5,099 nt of DNA from a virus. Taxonomy: Duplodnaviria > Heunggongvirae > Uroviricota > Caudoviricetes. Position 1 is the stretch's first letter. Each line of letters starts with the position of its first letter. The translations under genes and the position numbers were made by a program. The notes below the pieces were generated by a model. It searched no databases, had not been told where the DNA came from, and saw only the letters and a list, made by a program, of their open reading frames with translations. The stretch is taken from the IMG/VR virus record IMGVR_UViG_2603880147_000001. One strand, 5' to 3'. This document shows positions 1-5,099 of the stretch, one piece after another.

Positions 1-220
1 TGATTCTGGCCTGCGGATTTTTGACCGTGGCCCTTTTCAGCCTGGCCCTTTCCTTTACCAGTTTCCGGCGTACCTTTGTCTCACGGGCAACCTGTGACGC
101 CGACTGCGATATCGCGGATGACGCAACGCGGTTAATGGCCATTGCGGCGGCACCAGGCACCGCCGTTCTGCTGATACGGCTGAGGTTTTCAATGGCATGC
201 TCAAGACCTTTTATGGCCAT
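1..220 (-). CDS. Z: Tail protein Z (gpZ), N-terminal 73 codons only; gene runs off the window start
   Basis: Minus-strand translation from ATG (plus 218..220 = cat) reads MAIKGLEHAIENLSRISRTAVPGAAAMAINRVASSAISQSASQVARETKVRRKLVKERARLKRATVKNPQARI and stays open to position 1. This matches the lambda gpZ N-terminus as I recall it. SD-like AAGGGGGA lies just upstream, and the start is 11 nt after the FII stop. Absent from the ORF track because there is no stop in the window. Confidence 0.9.
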   Translation of the reverse strand, partial: MAIKGLEHAIENLSRISRTAVPGAAAMAINRVASSAISQSASQVARETKVRRKLVKERARLKRATVKNPQARI

Positions 221-231
221 ACATCCCCCTT

Positions 232-585
232 TCAGCGGCGACGGTTAACGGCAGGCGGTACGCCCCGCCCAAGCCAGAGATGACAGCTTCCACCATCATC
301 CGGCGAAACCCGGTCTATCCAGAAGTTTTCCTCACCGATGGTCAGCGTGTCTCCACGCCGCAGCTGCCGCACATCATCAGTCCGGACAAACAGGGACGGG
401 CTGGAGCCTTCAACGCGCACGCCCTGTCCGGCATAGCTGATATTTTCAGGGTCATCAAAAACACCACGTATTACTGCGCCGGACTGCTCACCGGATGTCA
501 TGGTGGCTGACGTTCCCATGTACCCGCGTATCGTTTCATCGGCGCGGGCAATGGCAGCATCGAACAGGTTATCGAAATCAGCCAC
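232..585 (-). CDS. FII: Head completion / head-tail joining protein FII (gpFII), 117 aa
   Basis: ORF-track protein MADFDNLFDAAIARADETIRGYMGTSA...HLWLGRGVPPAVNRRR is recognisably lambda gpFII at full length. The start codon on the sequence is GTG (plus 583..585 = cac), preceded by GGGAGG (minus-strand sense) about 4 nt upstream. TGA stop at 232..234. The start is 11 nt after the FI stop. Confidence 0.93.
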   Translation of the reverse strand: MADFDNLFDAAIARADETIRGYMGTSATMTSGEQSGAVIRGVFDDPENISYAGQGVRVEGSSPSLFVRTDDVRQLRRGDTLTIGEENFWIDRVSPDDGGSCHLWLGRGVPPAVNRRR

Positions 586-596
586 AGCGCCTCCCG

Positions 597-995
597 TTAT
601 TGCATTCTGGCCAGGCCGCGCTCTGTCATTTCGGCTGCCACACCGGCAGAGACACGAAACGCCGTTCCCGGCAGCACAAATGCCACAGGTTCATCCCGCG
701 TGGCGTGAAGTGCATCAGTATGCAGCTTCACCAGTGCCACGACCGTGACCAGTTCAGACGTATCCAGAATCACGGTATCCGGCTGCGCTGATCCCACCTC
801 ATTTTCATGTCCGGTCAGCGCATTTTCCCGGCTGAGAGGGGTGTCCTGACCGGCAGTTTCATCCGTGTCATCAAGCTCCTCTTCCAGCTCTGCCACACGG
901 AGCGCCAGTTCTTCTTTCGTCCCCGTCAGGCTGACATCACGGTTCAGTTGCTCACCCAGCACCTGAAGACGGGCAATCAGTTCATCTTTCGTCAT
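597..995 (-). CDS. FI: Head assembly / DNA packaging accessory protein FI (gpFI), 132 aa
   Basis: ORF 597..1034 contains MTKDELIARLQVLGEQLNRDVSLTGTKEELALRVAELEEELDDTDETAGQ...MTERGLARMQ, matching lambda gpFI. I place the start at ATG 993..995 (cat on plus) because GGAGGAG sits 3-5 nt upstream and the length is then 132 aa as in lambda. The ORF-track extension to ATG 1034 falls inside the E-FI hairpin and adds 13 residues (MALRGHFLSVEES) that are not part of gpFI as I recall it. Confidence 0.93.
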   Translation of the reverse strand: MTKDELIARLQVLGEQLNRDVSLTGTKEELALRVAELEEELDDTDETAGQDTPLSRENALTGHENEVGSAQPDTVILDTSELVTVVALVKLHTDALHATRDEPVAFVLPGTAFRVSAGVAAEMTERGLARMQ

Positions 996-1005
996 GGACT
1001 CCTCC

Positions 1006-1034
1006 ACAGAGAGAAAATGGCCCCGAAGGGCCAT
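1006..1034 (-). terminator. Stable stem-loop in the E-FI spacer (7-bp stem, UUCG tetraloop) followed by a U-rich tract; terminator-like or mRNA-stabilising, function uncertain
   Basis: Plus 1017..1023 (atggccc) pairs perfectly with 1028..1034 (gggccat); loop 1024..1027 is cgaa, i.e. UUCG on the minus-strand RNA. It begins 2 nt after the E stop and is followed on the RNA by UUUUCUCUCU, then the FI SD GGAGGAG. Confidence 0.45.
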
Positions 1035-1036
1035 GA

Positions 1037-2062
1037 TTACGCCAGTTGAACGGACACGAACTCATCAGGATCAGCCAGCAGCATCAGCGGTGCTGACTGA
1101 ATCATGGTGAACTCTCGCGCCGGATCGCCGGATGTCTTCCAGTTTTTCGGATAACGGGGAGACGCATTAATACCCTCACTCAATGCATCCGCATCCTGAA
1201 TACAGCCATAGGTGCGCAGACCGCGTGCATGAGTGTTACCCAGCACCATCGTGTTGTCCGGCAGGAAGTTCTTTTTGACGCCGTTTTCCACGTACTGTCC
1301 GGAATACACGACGATGGCCACATCGCCATACATCCCCTTATAGGACACCGCTTTACCCAGGTCTTTCACCGCTGTCTCCAGCTCGGAATGAGAGCCGCGA
1401 CGGGTATCCAGCTTCTCCCTGACGGCTTTGAAGGAACGGAACAGCGCCCAGCCTTTCGGATCGAACACGATGATATTCACCACACCGCTGGCGTTCAGCG
1501 CGTAGGCTTCGATATCGTCGGTCGGGTCATACGTGGACTTGTCACGCTTGCTCCACTCCGTGCCGCCGGACTGCGTGATGTTATTCTCCTCACTGCGGCC
1601 CATATCCACCTCAACCGGATCGAAGGCTTCACCGGTCATGGTGTATTTGCCCTTAAGCACGGCAGAAACTGCCTGCATCTCTTCGACCTGGGCAATGGCC
1701 AGCTCCTCGTCACGCATGTTCTGCATAATGATGCGACGGCGGCGGTAAGCCGGGTCCGTCAGATTCTGCGGATCTTCATCCGGCAGGCGACGCAGGGTCA
1801 TCTGCGGATTCACCTCATGCTTGGGTTTGACATATCCCGGCGTAAATTCAGAGGTGGAACCGCCACGGGAGCGGATAACCTCACCGGAAACAATCGGCGA
1901 AACGTACAGCGCCATGTTTACCAGCCCCGGAATTTGTGAGAGATAGACTTTCTCCGTAGTGAAGGGATAGCTCTCACGGAAAAAGAGACGCAGAAACAGC
2001 GGATCAAACTTAAATTTCTGCTCATTTGCCGCCAGCAGCTGGGCGGTTGTGTACATCGACAT
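1037..2062 (-). CDS. E: Major capsid protein E (gpE), 341 aa
   Basis: ORF 1037..2089 contains MSMYTTAQLLAANEQKFKFDPLFLRLFFRESYPFTTEKVYLSQIPGLVNMALYVSPIVSGEVIRSRGG...ADPDEFVSVQLA, matching lambda gpE end to end. True start is ATG at 2060..2062; the track's upstream start at 2089 is a GTG inside the D-E hairpin. Length 1026 nt including TAA at 1037..1039. Confidence 0.96.
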   Translation of the reverse strand: MSMYTTAQLLAANEQKFKFDPLFLRLFFRESYPFTTEKVYLSQIPGLVNMALYVSPIVSGEVIRSRGGSTSEFTPGYVKPKHEVNPQMTLRRLPDEDPQNLTDPAYRRRRIIMQNMRDEELAIAQVEEMQAVSAVLKGKYTMTGEAFDPVEVDMGRSEENNITQSGGTEWSKRDKSTYDPTDDIEAYALNASGVVNIIVFDPKGWALFRSFKAVREKLDTRRGSHSELETAVKDLGKAVSYKGMYGDVAIVVYSGQYVENGVKKNFLPDNTMVLGNTHARGLRTYGCIQDADALSEGINASPRYPKNWKTSGDPAREFTMIQSAPLMLLADPDEFVSVQLA

Positions 2063-2075
2063 AAAAAAATCCCGT

Positions 2076-2097
2076 AAAAAAAGCCGCACAGGCGGCC
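2076..2097 (-). terminator. Terminator-like hairpin in the D-E spacer (GCCGC-CUGU-GCGGC stem-loop followed by U7); function uncertain
   Basis: Minus-strand RNA after the D stop reads ...CUAAAGGCCGCCUGUGCGGCUUUUUUUACGGGAUUUUUUUAUG(E). A 5-bp GC stem (6 with a flanking G-U pair; plus 2083..2096) is followed directly by seven U (plus 2076..2082). This is intrinsic-terminator architecture sitting between two highly expressed genes. Confidence 0.45.
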
Positions 2098-2117
2098 TTT
2101 AGTGATGAAGGGTAAAG

Positions 2118-2450
2118 TTAAACGATGCTGATTGCCGTTCCGGCAAACGCGGTCCGTTTTTTCGTCTCGTCGCTGGCAGCCTCCGGCCAGAGCACATCCT
2201 CATAACGGAACGTGCCGGACTTGTAGAACGTCAGTGTGGTGCTGGTCTGGTCAGCAGCAACTGCAAGAATGCCAACGGCAGCACCGTCGGTGGTGCCATC
2301 CCACGCAACCAGCTTACGGGTGGAGGTGTCCAGCATCAGCGGGGTCATTGCAGGCGCTTTCGCACTCAATCCGCCGGGCGCGGTTGCGGTATGAGCCGGG
2401 TCACTGTTGCCCAGCGGCTGGTAATGGGTAAAGGTTTCTTTGCTCGTCAT
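2118..2450 (-). CDS. D: Capsid decoration protein D (gpD), 110 aa
   Basis: ORF-track protein [45 protein letters not shown]...[14 protein letters not shown] matches lambda gpD. Start assigned to the second ATG (2448..2450), giving MTSKE... and 110 aa, with AAGGGA 5 nt upstream. The first ATG at 2456 would leave almost no spacer after that SD. TAA stop at 2118..2120. Confidence 0.94.
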   Translation of the reverse strand: MTSKETFTHYQPLGNSDPAHTATAPGGLSAKAPAMTPLMLDTSTRKLVAWDGTTDGAAVGILAVAADQTSTTLTFYKSGTFRYEDVLWPEAASDETKKRTAFAGTAISIV

Positions 2451-2459
2451 AAACATCCC

Positions 2460-3065
2460 TTACACTGGTGTGTTCAGCAAATCGTTAACGGCATCAGATG
2501 CCGGGTTACCTGCAGCCAGCGGTGCCGGTGCCCCCTGCATCAGACGATCCAGCGCAGTGTCACTGCGCGCCTGTGCACTCTGTGGTGCTGCGGCCAGAAT
2601 GCGGCGGGCCGTTTCCACGGTCATACCGGGGGTTTCTGCCAGCACGCGGGCCTGTTCTTCGCGTCCGTGAGCCTCCTCACAGTTGAGGATCCCCATAATG
2701 CGACTGTTTTCTGCCGCAACCGCTGCGGTGATCTGCGCGTTCACGTCCGGCTGCGCAGCGCTGGCGTTCTCGCCCTCCGTCGCTTGCACCACGCCAGTAA
2801 CGTCAGCCTGCGAAGCAGTGGCTGAAACAGTTGTTGATTGAGTCTCTTTGGTCATTCGCCCTCCTGAGAGACGGGATTTACGTGCATCCAGTGCATCACG
2901 CATGACGGTGATCGCATCGGTGCTGTTGACAAGTTCATCAGCCAGTCCGGCATCAATGGCCTCCTGACCGCTGTACACTGCAGCCTCGGTATCCAGCACA
3001 GCCTGCACGGACAGGCCGGTATATGCCGACACCTTCTGTGCAAACATCCGGCGGGTTGCATCCAT
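2460..3065 (-). CDS. Nu3: Scaffolding protein Nu3 (gpNu3), about 201 aa, from an internal in-frame start within C and sharing C's C-terminus and stop
   Basis: An in-frame ATG at 3063..3065 (cat on plus) begins MDATRRMFAQKVSAYTGLSVQAVLDTEAAVYSGQEAIDAGLADELVNS... and runs to the C stop at 2460. The 606-nt length equals the lambda Nu3 gene as I remember it. The nested C/Nu3 arrangement is established lambda biology; the sequence supplies only the in-frame ATG. Confidence 0.8.
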   Translation of the reverse strand: MDATRRMFAQKVSAYTGLSVQAVLDTEAAVYSGQEAIDAGLADELVNSTDAITVMRDALDARKSRLSGGRMTKETQSTTVSATASQADVTGVVQATEGENASAAQPDVNAQITAAVAAENSRIMGILNCEEAHGREEQARVLAETPGMTVETARRILAAAPQSAQARSDTALDRLMQGAPAPLAAGNPASDAVNDLLNTPV

Positions 3066-3779
3066 CCGGGACTGCAGTGTTTCCCGGACGTCATCCGGAA
3101 GATGGCTGTAGGGGTTGCCATCCACCTTATGGCTGCCGCTGTAAATCAGCGTGATTTCCACGCCCTGTTTCTCCAGCGCAGCGCCGTAATTACTGTGAGC
3201 CATCATGACGCCGATGGAGCCTGTCCGGGCGGTCTGCGTGACCAGACGCCGGGAGGAGGCACTGGCAAGCAGCTGACCTGCGCTGCAGTTCATGTCATTG
3301 GCCAGCGCCCATACCGGCTTTATGTCACGCACACGGGCGATGATGTCAGCACAGTCAAATGCTCCCGCCACCATCCCGCCTGGCGTGTCCATATCCAGCA
3401 GAATGCCGTCCACCATCGGGTCGCTGGCAGCCTGTTGCAGACGGGCGATAATGCCGTTGTAACCGGTCATTCCCGAATACGGCTGCAGCGCCCGCGTCCG
3501 GCTGACCAGCGTACCGGACACCGGCAGCACGGCGATGCCGTTCATGACCTGATAACTGCGGGCCTGTCGTGGCCCGTCATCATTACCGGATAACGCCAGC
3601 GTCTCGGGTGCCTCTCCGGCAGTCAGGCTGTCACCGGATACTGCATCCGTCAGGCGGCTGATCCCAAGCTGGCCTGCAAGCGCACAAAAGAAAACCCGCG
3701 CGTAGGCGGGTTCAAGCATCAGCGGCTCATTAAAAGCCATACTGGCAATATGCGGGAGATTACGCAGCTCTGCTGTCAC
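2460..3779 (-). CDS. C: Capsid assembly/maturation protease C (gpC), S49-family (SppA/ClpP-like) serine peptidase, 439 aa
   Basis: ORF 2460..3893 contains VTAELRNLPHIASMAFNEPLMLEPAYARVFFCALAGQLG...DMDTPGGMVAGAFDCADIIARV...MNCSAGQLL...NDLLNTPV, matching lambda gpC. Start assigned to GTG (plus 3777..3779 = cac), with GGAGGAG (plus 3784..3790) 4 nt upstream. The track's TTG at 3893 adds 38 Arg/Pro-rich residues with no lambda counterpart. The start overlaps the end of B by 20 nt. TAA stop at 2460..2462. Confidence 0.92.
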   Translation of the reverse strand: MTAELRNLPHIASMAFNEPLMLEPAYARVFFCALAGQLGISRLTDAVSGDSLTAGEAPETLALSGNDDGPRQARSYQVMNGIAVLPVSGTLVSRTRALQPYSGMTGYNGIIARLQQAASDPMVDGILLDMDTPGGMVAGAFDCADIIARVRDIKPVWALANDMNCSAGQLLASASSRRLVTQTARTGSIGVMMAHSNYGAALEKQGVEITLIYSGSHKVDGNPYSHLPDDVRETLQSRMDATRRMFAQKVSAYTGLSVQAVLDTEAAVYSGQEAIDAGLADELVNSTDAITVMRDALDARKSRLSGGRMTKETQSTTVSATASQADVTGVVQATEGENASAAQPDVNAQITAAVAAENSRIMGILNCEEAHGREEQARVLAETPGMTVETARRILAAAPQSAQARSDTALDRLMQGAPAPLAAGNPASDAVNDLLNTPV

Positions 3780-5099
3780 TCTTCTCCTCCTCTGTTGATT
3801 GTCGCAGCCCGGATTCAAATGCCGCTGCCGCCCAGGCGGGCGGTTTAAGACCGGCTTCGCGGCGCTCCATCGTTTCACGGACCTGCTGGGCAAAAATTTC
3901 CTGATAGTCGTCGCCGCGTTTTGCGCACTCTTTCTCGTAGGTGCTCAGTCCGGCTTCTATCAGCATCACCGCTTCCTGTACTTCTTTCAGACCATCGATA
4001 GCCATACGACCGGAGCCTATCCAGTCACAGTTCCCCCAGGCGCTGCGGGCTTCCTGAAAGCTGAAGCGCGCTTTTGAAGGTAACGTCACCACGCGGCGAA
4101 CGATGGCCTCTTCCAGCCAGCACAGAAACATCTGGCTCGCCTGACGGGATGCGACGAATTTTCGCCGCCCCATAAAGTGCGCCCACGACTCGTTCGCGCT
4201 GGCCCGTGCCGTGGAGTAGCTCATCTGGGCGTAATTCCGGGAAAGCTGCTCATACGAGACACCCAGCCCGGCAGCGATATACCGCAACAGTGACTGCTCA
4301 AACACGGAGTAGCCGTTATCCGTGTCCTGAGCCGTCTGCAGGTTCAGTGAGTCCCCCGGCATCAGGTGCGGCACTTTTGCGCCTCCCAGACGGACCGGTG
4401 CTGCGGCGTAATACGCGGCAATTTCACCAATCCAGCCCGTCAGCCTTTCCCGCTGCTCCTGACTGTTCGCGCCCAGAATAAAATCCATCGCTGACTGCGT
4501 ATCCAGCTCACTTTCAATGGTGGCGGCATACATCGCCTTCACAATGGCGCTCTGCAGCTGCGTGTTCTGCAGCGTGTCGAGCATCTTCATCTGCTCCATT
4601 ACGCTGTAAAACACATTTGCACCGCGGGTCTGCCCGTCCTCCACGGGTTCAAAAACGTGAATGAACGAGGCGCGCCCGCCGGGTAATTCACGGGGTATCC
4701 ATGTCCATTTCTGCGGCATCCAGCCAGGATAGCCGTCCTCGCTGACGTAATATCCCAGCGCCGCACCGCTGTCATTAATCTGCACACCGGCACGGCAGTT
4801 CCGGCTGTCGCCGGTATTGTTCGGGTTGCTGATACGCTTCGGACTGACCATCCGGAACTGTGTCCGGAACAGTCGCGACGGGCTGGTATCCCAGGTGGCC
4901 TGAACGAACAGTTCACCGTTAAAGGCATGCATGGCCACACCTTCCCGAATCATCATGGTGAACGTGCGTTTTCGCTCAACGTCAATGCAGCAACAGTCGT
5001 CCTCGGCAAACTCTTTCCATGCCGCTTCAACCTCGCGGGAAAAGGCACGGGCTTCTTCCTCCCCGATGCCCAGATAGCGCCAGCTTGGGCGATGACTGA
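3760..5099 (-). CDS. B: Portal protein B (gpB), C-terminal ~446 codons; N-terminus lies beyond the window end
   Basis: ORF 3760..4956 (MMIREGVAMHAFNGELFVQATWDT...EEEKSDSRAA) matches lambda gpB. The same frame stays open upstream to the window edge: minus-strand translation of 5097..4957 gives SHRPSWRYLGIGEEEARAFSREVEAAWKEFAEDDCCCIDVERKRTFT, which precedes MMIREG in lambda gpB. The ATG at 4956 is therefore internal. TAA stop at 3760..3762. Confidence 0.94.
   Translation of the reverse strand, partial: SHRPSWRYLGIGEEEARAFSREVEAAWKEFAEDDCCCIDVERKRTFTMMIREGVAMHAFNGELFVQATWDTSPSRLFRTQFRMVSPKRISNPNNTGDSRNCRAGVQINDSGAALGYYVSEDGYPGWMPQKWTWIPRELPGGRASFIHVFEPVEDGQTRGANVFYSVMEQMKMLDTLQNTQLQSAIVKAMYAATIESELDTQSAMDFILGANSQEQRERLTGWIGEIAAYYAAAPVRLGGAKVPHLMPGDSLNLQTAQDTDNGYSVFEQSLLRYIAAGLGVSYEQLSRNYAQMSYSTARASANESWAHFMGRRKFVASRQASQMFLCWLEEAIVRRVVTLPSKARFSFQEARSAWGNCDWIGSGRMAIDGLKEVQEAVMLIEAGLSTYEKECAKRGDDYQEIFAQQVRETMERREAGLKPPAWAAAAFESGLRQSTEEEKSDSRAA

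Noticed and set aside
21-791. Short plus-strand ORFs at 21..248, 280..510, 495..791 and 500..748
   Set aside because: Antisense to Z, FII and FI respectively; the whole region is already explained by confidently assigned minus-strand genes.
996-1034. Upstream ATG at 1034 for FI, and likewise GTG at 2089 for E and ATG at 2456 for D
   Set aside because: These track starts fall inside intergenic hairpins or directly on or next to the SD. The downstream ATGs have proper SDs and give the lambda-length proteins.
1229-1939. 236-aa plus-strand ORF
   Set aside because: Lies entirely antisense to gene E, which is confidently identified. Its product is His/Arg/Gly-rich and low in complexity, as expected for the antisense frame of GC-rich coding DNA, and it has no convincing SD.
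2391-2825. 144-aa plus-strand ORF, with overlapping plus-strand ORFs at 2132..2431, 2440..2670 and 2498..2686
   Set aside because: All are antisense to D and the Nu3 portion of C, Cys/Arg/His-rich, and unsupported by any start context.
3102-3593. 163-aa plus-strand ORF
   Set aside because: Antisense to the protease C gene; no recognisable protein features; same GC-rich antisense artefact.
3780-3893. N-terminal extension of C to a TTG start (477-aa model in the ORF track)
   Set aside because: The extension overlaps portal gene B in another frame, has no lambda counterpart, and the GTG at 3779 has a strong SD and yields the expected 439 aa.
3799-4481. Plus-strand ORFs at 3799..4077 and 4206..4481
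   Set aside because: Antisense to portal gene B; no support beyond being open frames.
4599-4940. 113-aa minus-strand ORF nested in gene B in another frame
   Set aside because: An alternate frame inside the confidently identified portal gene; Pro/Arg/Cys-rich with no start context; treated as spurious.
1-5099. Possibility of a novel defence or accessory system, CRISPR array, tRNA, integrase or IS element
   Set aside because: No direct-repeat array, no tRNA-like cloverleaf region, and no unassigned sequence. The genes and short spacers cover every base, and all products are structural or assembly proteins of the phage head.

Overview
The whole window is a lambda-type (lambdoid) phage head-morphogenesis block, read entirely on the minus strand. 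In 5'->3' order on the minus strand it encodes portal B (N-terminus off the window end), protease C with the in-frame nested scaffold gene Nu3, decoration protein D, major capsid protein E, FI, FII, and the first 73 codons of tail gene Z. I identified these by translating the reverse strand and matching to my memory of the phage lambda proteins; no search was run. Gene lengths and spacers (20-nt B/C overlap, then gaps of 9, 55, 41, 11 and 11 nt) match the lambda layout as I recall it, with no indels. Every base is accounted for by these genes and short spacers, so I do not find a novel or undescribed system here, nor any tRNA, CRISPR, IS element or cargo gene. The points worth a second look are small-scale: two non-ATG starts (GTG for C and FII) that the ORF track obscures, terminator-like hairpins in the D-E and E-FI spacers, a hairpin over the Nu3 internal start, and a few apparent residue differences from reference lambda that suggest a lambdoid relative or prophage rather than lambda itself. 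All plus-strand ORFs in the track are antisense artefacts.
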